Shown here piece after piece: positions 37,910 through 45,161 of a stretch of DNA of 64,000 nt. Source of the DNA: an uncultured virus (IMG/VR IMGVR_UViG_3300028914_000084) (lineage: Duplodnaviria; Heunggongvirae; Uroviricota; Caudoviricetes); IMG/VR virus record IMGVR_UViG_3300028914_000084; one strand, 5' to 3'. Below the pieces are notes generated by a model that saw only the letters and a program-made list of their open reading frames with translations, had not been told where the DNA came from and made no database searches. A program made the position numbers and the translations under genes. Within the stretch, counting starts at the first letter, position 1. The number at the start of each line of letters is the position of its first letter.

Positions 37910-38649
37910 ATAGGATTAGAAACAAACCAATCTAATTCTGGTTCCATTGTGAAAAATATCATGTTTACTTTCATACCATTTGATAATGTATCAGGTACAA
38001 GTTCTATTTGAACGTCCGGATAAGCTTGGACATCGTGATAATCATTACTATACCACACTAATTCATCACCTATAATAGTTGATTCATTACCCAAAATATG
38101 TGCCCATTGGTTTAACGTTACTCTACCTCTAGTATGTAATAATTCCAAAAATTCTGCTTCATATCGTAACATTTCATCCATAGTACATTCTACATATTGA
38201 CCAGTTAACACATCATAAAATAAATTATCATTGTCGTCATAAACCATACCTTTTTCATTATATTTTTTTTCACATATTTTAACCTGTATTTTACTATCGG
38301 CATTCTCATATAGTTCATTTGCAGCATTTTTATACTCTATATAAGAATTTTGTAGTAGACAATAAGCTGATGCGAGAGTTGTTTTAGTCTTTTGATTGAT
38401 ATAATTAGCACCGAATATGCAACCGATTGTCGTACCGGCACTTAATATAGATGGAATATATTCTTTCCAATATAATTTAATAATATCTTTTTTAGTTAAT
38501 AATTCTTTATCTTCCCTAGAATTATATAAATTATTAGCTTTTATTGTTGCCTTTATTGTTAATCCAGAAGTTACAATAACTCCTGCAGCACCTATTACCG
38601 ATAAAATAACAGGTGAGTTTCTACTTATAAAATTTTCAAATTTACCCAT
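37900..38649 (-). CDS. DUF6353-like protein, paralogue 3
   Basis: RNSPVILSVIG..TIKAT; YWKEYIP; VTLNQW. Confidence 0.7.
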   Translation of the reverse strand: MGKFENFISRNSPVILSVIGAAGVIVTSGLTIKATIKANNLYNSREDKELLTKKDIIKLYWKEYIPSILSAGTTIGCIFGANYINQKTKTTLASAYCLLQNSYIEYKNAANELYENADSKIQVKICEKKYNEKGMVYDDNDNLFYDVLTGQYVECTMDEMLRYEAEFLELLHTRGRVTLNQWAHILGNESTIIGDELVWYSNDYHDVQAYPDVQIELVPDTLSNGMKVNMIFFTMEPELDWFVSNPISR

Positions 38650-38687
38650 ATTTCCTCCTAACTAAAAAATTAAATAGGATGTTACTC

Positions 38688-38849
38688 CTATCTAAAAAAT
38701 ATCTTTTTGATTAAAAACGCTATAAATATTATACATACTATTACGTCTCCAAATATAATAATTGCTCCAGCTCCAATCAAGCTAGTTACAGCTACTACAG
38801 CTACAACCAATAGTATAATAATTAATAATAAAATTGCGAATAAAATCAT
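38688..38849 (-). CDS. Very hydrophobic small protein (53 aa, cassette)
   Basis: GAGGTG SD; MILFAILLLIIILLVV..., translated by hand. Confidence 0.65.
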   Translation of the reverse strand: MILFAILLLIIILLVVAVVAVTSLIGAGAIIIFGDVIVCIIFIAFLIKKIFFR

Positions 38850-38860
38850 TCATATCACCT

Positions 38861-38887
38861 CATTATATGAGATGTTTTCAACGCGAA
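38861..38887 (-). promoter_or_regulatory. CGCG-N14-TATAAT promoter-like motif
   Basis: TTCGCGTTGAAAACATCTCATATAATG. Confidence 0.75.
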
Positions 38888-38905
38888 AAAAGAAAAGAAG
38901 ATTTA

Positions 38906-39013
38906 TTAATCTTCAATTTCATCATCGTGTTTTCTGCAGAATATTGTTCCTACAATTGATAAAATTATACCAATAATTCCTCCTAGAATAACTCCTCCGA
39001 ATACTTTTTTCAT
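38906..39013 (-). CDS. Membrane micropeptide (35 aa, cassette)
   Basis: AAGGAG SD; MKKVFGGVILGGIIGIILSIVGTIF... Confidence 0.65.
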   Translation of the reverse strand: MKKVFGGVILGGIIGIILSIVGTIFCRKHDDEIED

Positions 39014-39028
39014 TTATATCTCTCCTTT

Positions 39029-39055
39029 CATTATAAGAGACGTTTTTAACGCGAA
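39029..39055 (-). promoter_or_regulatory. CGCG-N14-TATAAT promoter-like motif
   Basis: TTCGCGTTAAAAACGTCTCTTATAATG. Confidence 0.75.
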
Positions 39056-39084
39056 AAAGAAGAAGCCTAAGCTTCCAATTTGAG

Positions 39085-39414
39085 TTACTTCTTGAACATC
39101 TTAAGTACTACATCTGATACTATTCCTCGTCCAGCTGTGCTAGTTATTGTGGCACTCTCATCAAATCTCAATGTTCTTAAAAGTCCCCAAACACTTAATG
39201 TACTGGTTACTGTAAATGTACCCACAGTAATAATATTACGAATTTTGTCTCTTTTATTTTCGGAATTTATTTCCTCCATTTTAACTAATTCGTCTCTTAT
39301 TGACTTACGGTCATTTAATAACGTTACATAAGCGTTATCGTCCTTATTAATACATTTTAATTTTTCTGATATGTCATTATAATCAGCAAGCAAGATTTCT
39401 TTAGTTCCTTTCAT
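39085..39414 (-). CDS. Hypothetical protein (cassette)
   Basis: AAGGAGG SD before ATG at 39414. Confidence 0.65.
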   Translation of the reverse strand: MKGTKEILLADYNDISEKLKCINKDDNAYVTLLNDRKSIRDELVKMEEINSENKRDKIRNIITVGTFTVTSTLSVWGLLRTLRFDESATITSTAGRGIVSDVVLKMFKK

Positions 39415-39447
39415 ATAATCCTCCTTAAAAATATTTTTGAGTTTCCT

Positions 39448-39474
39448 CATTATAAGGTATGTTCATCACGCGAA
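39448..39474 (-). promoter_or_regulatory. CGCG-N14-TATAAT promoter-like motif
   Basis: TTCGCGTGATGAACATACCTTATAATG; lies in the 3' end of the upstream gene. Confidence 0.7.
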
Positions 39475-39674
39475 ATTACTGCATTGTGGTCTATAGTAAA
39501 TATGGCTCTTTTTTTATACATTTTTTTTAATTCGTCTCTATCTGCAAATATGCTTATTAATTCTGAATAATGGTCTACATTTATTTTACCATACATTGTT
39601 TGACGTTTGTAGTTAACTATCATTATAACTATGCCAATAATTAAACCAATTACAAAAAACAAAAAATATAACAT
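39450..39674 (-). CDS. Small membrane protein
   Basis: N-terminal TM; strong SD. Confidence 0.65.
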   Translation of the reverse strand: MLYFLFFVIGLIIGIVIMIVNYKRQTMYGKINVDHYSELISIFADRDELKKMYKKRAIFTIDHNAVISRDEHTL

Positions 39675-39715
39675 ATACTCACCTCCTTTAAAAATAAAAA
39701 AGAAAAAGGAAAAGG

Positions 39716-39811
39716 CTATTTATTAGCTTTCTTTTCAATAAAGTCAGCTAAATAAGCACATCCATTTCCTAAAATTGTTCCAGCTACTAAAGCTACTATT
39801 AAATATAACAT
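39716..39811 (-). CDS. Membrane micropeptide (31 aa, cassette)
   Basis: MLYLIVALVAGTILGNGCAYLADFIEKKANK, with SD. Confidence 0.55.
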   Translation of the reverse strand: MLYLIVALVAGTILGNGCAYLADFIEKKANK

Positions 39812-39832
39812 AAATTCATCTCTCCTTTTTCT

Positions 39833-39859
39833 CATTATATCATATGTTTTTTACGCGAA
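39833..39859 (-). promoter_or_regulatory. CGCG-N14-TATAAT promoter-like motif
   Basis: TTCGCGTAAAAAACATATGATATAATG. Confidence 0.75.
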
Positions 39860-39875
39860 AAAATATAAAGGGTGT

Positions 39876-40067
39876 TTAACCCTCTACATTAATTTGACAT
39901 ATTCCTTTTTCGTCAGAATTCTTAAGTAATAATTCTTTTACGTCGTCGATTGCACTTCTTCTACCGTGTTTAATTCCAATACTATACATTATCATAAACC
40001 CAGAAGCTACAAGACACAATACTCCAACCTCCATTAATACATTACTTAATACATATCCGATTTCCAT
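39876..40067 (-). CDS. Small membrane protein (cassette)
   Basis: One TM; SD. Confidence 0.65.
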   Translation of the reverse strand: MEIGYVLSNVLMEVGVLCLVASGFMIMYSIGIKHGRRSAIDDVKELLLKNSDEKGICQINVEG

Positions 40068-40082
40068 TTATATCTCTCCTCT

Positions 40083-40109
40083 CATTATAAGAGATGTTTC
40101 CAACGCGAA
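40083..40109 (-). promoter_or_regulatory. CGCG-N14-TATAAT promoter-like motif
   Basis: TTCGCGTTGGAAACATCTCTTATAATG. Confidence 0.75.
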
Positions 40110-40129
40110 AAAAAGAAGAGCATAAGCTC

Positions 40130-40357
40130 TTACAATCCATTAACTATGAAATCAATATTCATGTTTATACCTTTTTCGATTAATTCCAACCATATTATTA
40201 CACCATCTATTATTTTTTTATTATTGTAATCAGTTTCAACTATTATCATATAATAAATTAAACTCATTAATAATACTAATAATATTAATGGCATAAAAAC
40301 CACAGTTAGCATAACCTCCAAACATAATCTAAATAACATTTGTAAACATTTTTTCAT
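40130..40357 (-). CDS. Small membrane protein (cassette)
   Basis: Long hydrophobic segment; SD. Confidence 0.65.
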   Translation of the reverse strand: MKKCLQMLFRLCLEVMLTVVFMPLILLVLLMSLIYYMIIVETDYNNKKIIDGVIIWLELIEKGINMNIDFIVNGL

Positions 40358-40371
40358 AATTTATATCACCT

Positions 40372-40398
40372 CATTATAAGAGACGTTTTCAACGCGAA
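40372..40398 (-). promoter_or_regulatory. CGCG-N14-TATAAT promoter-like motif
   Basis: TTCGCGTTGAAAACGTCTCTTATAATG. Confidence 0.75.
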
Positions 40399-40419
40399 AA
40401 ATAAAAGGGTATGTTAATA

Positions 40420-40454
40420 ATATAAAGAGAGTGATATATTTCTATACCACCCTC
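40420..40454 (-). terminator. Terminator at the end of the late/lysis transcript
   Basis: GAGGGTGGTATA-GAAA-TATATCACTCTC stem (two G-U pairs) followed by TTTATATT. Confidence 0.7.
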
Positions 40455-40461
40455 AATATTA

Positions 40462-40821
40462 TCATTCAACTATCCAGACAAATTCAGCTTCCCTATCTCT
40501 AGGGTCAAAAGTATCATAAATTATACCATATTTAGAACAAGTTATATGACCATTCATAGTTATAAGAATAACATTCTTTCGAAATTCTTTTGATACTTCT
40601 CCAACTGTACCATAAATATCAGGAATTCGTTCGTATCGTGAATCTAAGAAGTCTATAATAAATTCCCTATTATCCATCATAGTACCATCTGCTTGTGCAG
40701 CATCGCTAAGATATTCATAAACATAATCCCAACTTCTATTAGTTGCACAAGAAATAGCTCTAACAGTACAGTCCTCTTCAAATCTGCCTAGGACATTTTT
40801 GTTTAAATATCGGTATCCCAT
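40462..40821 (-). CDS. Possible papain-like (Cys-His-Asp) small protein
   Basis: DCTVRAIS...GHITC...IYDTFD. Confidence 0.55.
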   Translation of the reverse strand: MGYRYLNKNVLGRFEEDCTVRAISCATNRSWDYVYEYLSDAAQADGTMMDNREFIIDFLDSRYERIPDIYGTVGEVSKEFRKNVILITMNGHITCSKYGIIYDTFDPRDREAEFVWIVE

Positions 40822-40823
40822 AA

Positions 40824-41333
40824 TTACATTTCAGATATTTCTCTTGCTGTTTCTTTAATCATTTCAGCTTCTTCTTGACTCTTAGCATTACGCATAAGAT
40901 GTTTGAAGAAGTCTTTTGCTGATTCTAACATAGCATCAAGACTGTCTAATGTTTTTGAACTATCGTGTCCATATTTTTCACGTCCGTAAGAATAATCACC
41001 ATATTGGTCTTGCATATCCATTAGATATTCTTCACCACGGTATTGACGTCCGTATCCGCTTGATTCCATGTATCGTCCTCTACTGTCTCTGCTTCGTCTT
41101 CCATAACCGTCGTTATAGCGACTTCCGCTACTGAAATTCATATATCTCATATTATCCATTTTCTCCTTCCAATAAAATTCGTTAACTATATCTTTGTGAA
41201 TGTCTTCTAATTTATACAAATAGTCGACATTTTCTCTACTTATTGTCTGTTCTTGTATGCCTGCCATTATTTTTTCAAGGTCACAAGATATTGTTTCAAG
41301 TATGTTCTTTTCTTCTTTATTATCTTCTTGCAT
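40824..41333 (-). CDS. Hypothetical protein with an R/G/Y-rich RSRDSRGRY segment
   Basis: GGAG SD before ATG at 41333. Confidence 0.65.
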   Translation of the reverse strand: MQEDNKEEKNILETISCDLEKIMAGIQEQTISRENVDYLYKLEDIHKDIVNEFYWKEKMDNMRYMNFSSGSRYNDGYGRRSRDSRGRYMESSGYGRQYRGEEYLMDMQDQYGDYSYGREKYGHDSSKTLDSLDAMLESAKDFFKHLMRNAKSQEEAEMIKETAREISEM

Positions 41334-41823
41334 TGTTGTACTCCAAAATAACAAAGTTTGCGTTTAATAATGTTGGAGCTTGTGTTACAATGCCAGCAGC
41401 TGTAGGATCAGCTAAATTCGGTATAGAATCAACACTTCCAACACTTATTGTTGTATTTGTTCTTGGACATACTGAAATAACTTTATTAAAAGAAACATTG
41501 TAGATATCGTTTGCAGCAGTTATAGTAGCTATGCAAGTTGTTCCTGGTACTACTACACCGTCTTCATATAATGCGATAGCAACTGGTGTTCCGGCTGTAG
41601 CTCCACTAACATTTGCATTAAAGCTCACTTCAAATTTCTTTACATTATTATTGTTGCAAGGACATCCACCATTCCCTAATAATTGATATAAAGGGCTACC
41701 TACTTGATGACATAGCCATCCGCAGGGAGAAGCACTCTCACTACGCTCATCGACTTCGTCAAAGACAATTTTAGCAGTATTACTAGCTAAAGTAATAGGC
41801 GCTTCTTGTATTGATTGAATCAT
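41320..41823 (-). CDS. Beta-rich protein, possibly C1q/BclA-CTD-like
   Basis: FEVSFNANV, VAIALYEDGVVVPGT strand pattern. Confidence 0.5.
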   Translation of the reverse strand: MIQSIQEAPITLASNTAKIVFDEVDERSESASPCGWLCHQVGSPLYQLLGNGGCPCNNNNVKKFEVSFNANVSGATAGTPVAIALYEDGVVVPGTTCIATITAANDIYNVSFNKVISVCPRTNTTISVGSVDSIPNLADPTAAGIVTQAPTLLNANFVILEYNNARR

Positions 41824-41892
41824 GTATCTTCGTCCTTTCTATTAAAATATAAAAAGAGGTAAAATTAATTACTTCTACATATTTTGGTTATA

Positions 41893-42768
41893 TTATTGGA
41901 TAAATCCGTTATAACCGTTGTTGCATCCACAACCACCATTGCATGTAAAGATTGGTGTTCTACCATACACTGGAGTTGTTGGAACAGGACAATTGTTCAA
42001 TCTATTATATAATGCATCTACTTCATTTGCGAAACCTTGTGCAATATATGCATTTTGAGCATTTTGAGATGCTTGGAAATCTTTCATAGATATTTCTCGT
42101 TGTAGTTCTGCAATCTTCTCATTTTTAGAATCGATTTTGTCAGAGCACATTTGATCTAATATGCGTTGTACTGAAGCTGTTTGATTTGCTAATATATCTC
42201 TAACACCTTCGTTTAATGCTTGTCTATCAGCACAATTTTCACTGATTATTGTTGCTTTTAAATCAGCGATAGATTGTTTTGTATCACAGCAACATTGTTG
42301 TCTAGCCATTTCGTTAGCCATCATAGTATTATTTAGAGCGTATCCTGTGTTTGTTATAGCCATGACAGTATCGAACTTGTCATTGTTAATTGCTCCTAAT
42401 AATTCTGTTGTTTGATTACATTGTGATACAGCTTGGTTGTTAAAACCTGTAGTAATAGCATTACCTAAATTTGTAATACCGCTAGTAATAGCTAATTGGT
42501 CGAAACCTCTTTGACAAGCGTTTCCACCTCCGTAACTATTTGTGTCGGAATTATTGATGTAAAGTGGTGTTGGGTATCCACTACCTCCATTTCCATTAAA
42601 GAATCCGCCGTTTCCGTTACGGCCAAAGCCCATGGCAAATATTAAGAATAATATGATTAACCATGCACCGTCTCCATTACCGAAGCCGTTATTATTTCCG
42701 TTATTTCCTGTTGCGGCTGCGATATCACTTAATGAGTATCCTTCCATTCTCATGTTGACTCCCTTCAA
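41893..42768 (-). CDS. Gly/Asn-rich TM and coiled-coil protein with Cys clusters
   Basis: WLIILFLIFAMGFG; QQCCCDTK; C-terminal CNGGCGC. Confidence 0.75.
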   Translation of the reverse strand: MKGVNMRMEGYSLSDIAAATGNNGNNNGFGNGDGAWLIILFLIFAMGFGRNGNGGFFNGNGGSGYPTPLYINNSDTNSYGGGNACQRGFDQLAITSGITNLGNAITTGFNNQAVSQCNQTTELLGAINNDKFDTVMAITNTGYALNNTMMANEMARQQCCCDTKQSIADLKATIISENCADRQALNEGVRDILANQTASVQRILDQMCSDKIDSKNEKIAELQREISMKDFQASQNAQNAYIAQGFANEVDALYNRLNNCPVPTTPVYGRTPIFTCNGGCGCNNGYNGFIQ

Positions 42769-42821
42769 AAAATATATATTTTTCTTTGGAATCGCGAATT
42801 ACATTAAAAACCAAATATTTT

Positions 42822-43049
42822 TTATTTGAAGTTATTCATGAAATTAGAAAACTCGCTATCATAATCCTTACCATTTTCTTTTAAATAATTTCTAGCAAAA
42901 TTTTCTACTCCAGCGATATTACCTTGCTGAGCCATAGATATTAAATTTGCTACAATCGGATTAGAATTATTTTTTATCATATTCATTACAATTTGTTGTG
43001 GGTTCATCTTACCAAGCATACCCTTGATAAAGTCCATCATGTTGTTCAA
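42822..43049 (-). CDS. Small Met/Asn/Gln-rich helical protein
   Basis: MNPQQIVMNM...NPIVANLI. Confidence 0.65.
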   Translation of the reverse strand: MNNMMDFIKGMLGKMNPQQIVMNMIKNNSNPIVANLISMAQQGNIAGVENFARNYLKENGKDYDSEFSNFMNNFK

Positions 43050-43051
43050 AA

Positions 43052-43567
43052 TTAATCACCCTTTTTCTTAAGTTGCTTTTTGATATCTTTTAGTTCGTCT
43101 TCAATATCATTCAAATGCAATCCTTTTAAAGCGTCTTTTAAATCATCATGAGTTATATATTCTGCATCGTTTCTAAGATTGTCTGATAATATATTTCTTA
43201 ACTCTTCTTGAGTTACATATTTTAAATCTTCTTTTGTATCTTTCGATAATTTATAAATTTGTATTTTTGAAGTACCGTCTGTTTGTAATTGTTTAGAAAC
43301 AATGGCAGACCCATCAGCTACTGGAAAATAACTGATAGATCCGTCCATAGGTATTTCAATATTTTTTACAATATCAATACTCTCAACTTGTTTACCTTGT
43401 AATATTTGAGGTTGTTGAAAAGTATTTATAGATTGTTGACCTAGTTGATTATCTGTTGGTTTAGTTGTTCCATAGGACTGAGGTCCGTATGAAGGTTGTA
43501 TGTTATAATTGGGGTTATAGTATGGATTGTTATAATTAGGGTTGTAACCATTATACATACACATCAA
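43052..43567 (-). CDS. Protein with a Y/N/P/Q low-complexity N-terminus
   Basis: YNPNYNNPYYNP; IPMDGSISYFP; YVTQEEL. Confidence 0.7.
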   Translation of the reverse strand: MMCMYNGYNPNYNNPYYNPNYNIQPSYGPQSYGTTKPTDNQLGQQSINTFQQPQILQGKQVESIDIVKNIEIPMDGSISYFPVADGSAIVSKQLQTDGTSKIQIYKLSKDTKEDLKYVTQEELRNILSDNLRNDAEYITHDDLKDALKGLHLNDIEDELKDIKKQLKKKGD

Positions 43568-43579
43568 CTCCTTTCGTTG

Positions 43580-44458
43580 TTAAATTTCGTATAAAGGTCC
43601 GCAATCAATTCTAAATTCTACACCGTCGTTTTCAATTATTGCTACTCCATTTGGTGTAAATTTAGTAGGAGCTTCAACTGCTTTAACAGTAAATATTTTA
43701 TCACACATAAATTTATCATTTACTTTAATAACAGCATCGTAGTCAGCTCTATCTTTATTTCTATCTAATTTAGCAATAAAGTCAAGAGGAACCCAATCGT
43801 TATCACCAACTGGACTTCCGTAGCATAATGCATGACATCCTAATGCCCCGTTCTTATATTTATTATTTGGTGTAAGTATTTCATCGACGTTGAATATACC
43901 GTTCAATACACATTTTGAACCAGCTTCAAGAACTTGGTCAATTGTAATAACAGATTCACCATTAAGTTTTCTTTGAACACTGTCTACAAATGTATTCCAA
44001 TCGTATGGATTATTTCTTCTAACATCCCAAGGACAATCTTTTCCTGTCCAATTATTATGTTGGAATAAGTATTTTGAAGCATTTGTAATTCCTCTTCTTT
44101 TTAGAATGTCTGCACATAATTGAGCAGCATTTTCAGTAGCTCTAAAAATATCACCGTCTGCATTATCACAGATTTCGATGTTTATAGTCTTTCTATTACC
44201 ATCACCGTTACCATCTCCAGCACACCAAGCTGTTTCATTTTCTGGTACACATCGTATAGCATAATTTTCATCTATTACATAATGCCAAGAAATGTATTTG
44301 TATTTCCATCCATTTCTTAATAGATTAGCGTGAGCCATAGCATCTGCGCCCTTACTCCAATTTGATGTATTATGGACAGTAATACCTCGGAATCCCCATA
44401 AAGGTCCTCCAGTTCTTCCATATCCATCCGTAGGGGCTAATCTTTCTATAACTTTCAT
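43580..44458 (-). CDS. Endolysin, N-acetylmuramoyl-L-alanine amidase (Amidase_2)
   Basis: ITVHNT, SWHYVID, AWCAGDG, INIEIC, QHNNWTGKDCP; start reassigned to MKVIER. Confidence 0.9.
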   Translation of the reverse strand: MKVIERLAPTDGYGRTGGPLWGFRGITVHNTSNWSKGADAMAHANLLRNGWKYKYISWHYVIDENYAIRCVPENETAWCAGDGNGDGNRKTINIEICDNADGDIFRATENAAQLCADILKRRGITNASKYLFQHNNWTGKDCPWDVRRNNPYDWNTFVDSVQRKLNGESVITIDQVLEAGSKCVLNGIFNVDEILTPNNKYKNGALGCHALCYGSPVGDNDWVPLDFIAKLDRNKDRADYDAVIKVNDKFMCDKIFTVKAVEAPTKFTPNGVAIIENDGVEFRIDCGPLYEI

Positions 44459-44459
44459 A

Positions 44460-44594
44460 TTATTCAGCCTCTTCTTCAGTTTTGTCTTCTTCAATGATGC
44501 CTCTGCCATCAATTTCTTCTGGGTCAAATCCAATGTCAACCATAGGGCATTCTTTTTCTAATTGTTCTATTTCTTCTTTAGTTAATGTAGTCAT
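44460..44594 (-). CDS. Small acidic protein (44 aa)
   Basis: GAAGGAG SD; MTTLTKEEIEQLEKEC...EEEAE; fills the holin-endolysin gap exactly. Confidence 0.55.
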   Translation of the reverse strand: MTTLTKEEIEQLEKECPMVDIGFDPEEIDGRGIIEEDKTEEEAE

Positions 44595-44595
44595 A

Positions 44596-44850
44596 TTATT
44601 TTTCTCCTTCCTTAATTTTTCTTAAATTATGAACTACGTCATAAGTTCCACCTGCTAATAATCCACTAGCAGCTATTGATATTTTAAAATCTTTTGTTAT
44701 TAAATATTCAATAGTTGCGATAATAACACCTATTAGCAAGTTTTGTATAGGTATTAATTCATTGCTGATTTTTGGGATTTTTTTAGTAACGTGTCCCATT
44801 ATGATTTCAACAATAACTGTAACTAGAGCAACTAAATATTCAGTTGTCAT
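44596..44850 (-). CDS. Holin
   Basis: 84 aa with 2-3 TM segments (NELIPIQNLLIG, GLLAGGTYD); upstream of the endolysin. Confidence 0.75.
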   Translation of the reverse strand: MTTEYLVALVTVIVEIIMGHVTKKIPKISNELIPIQNLLIGVIIATIEYLITKDFKISIAASGLLAGGTYDVVHNLRKIKEGEK

Positions 44851-44864
44851 TTAATCATCCTCCT

Positions 44865-45146
44865 TTAAGGTTTTAAGCCTATTTTCCATAGACAGTATGC
44901 AAGAATGACATAGAAAAGGTAATCTATGAGTTTATCCCATTTCATACCTTTCTTTTGTTCTTGATTATCTAATTTAGATTCTATTTTTTCTATTCTATCT
45001 TTCAAATCTTTTATATCTTCTTTATTTTGTCTTGATAAGGTTAATGCTACACTAGCGTCATCTTTTACTCTACCGTAATCTTTAATCATTTCTTTGATAC
45101 TAGCTAGTTCAGTTAATACTTTTATTTCAAAATCTTTAGTCTCCAT
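44865..45146 (-). CDS. XhlA-like coiled-coil protein with C-terminal TM (lysis module)
   Basis: Coiled coil then TM; position before the holin. Confidence 0.6.
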   Translation of the reverse strand: METKDFEIKVLTELASIKEMIKDYGRVKDDASVALTLSRQNKEDIKDLKDRIEKIESKLDNQEQKKGMKWDKLIDYLFYVILAYCLWKIGLKP

Positions 45147-45161
45147 ATTCTATCACCACCT

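Noticed and set aside
36895..40398. CRISPR array or integron attC array
   Set aside because: Repeats are degenerate and irregularly spaced, and separated by genes with SDs and terminators; no attC-like palindromes, cas operon or integrase
42785..42810. TTCGCG upstream of the 291-aa gene as a further motif copy
   Set aside because: Lacks the AAAACAT core and the TATAAT at the fixed spacing
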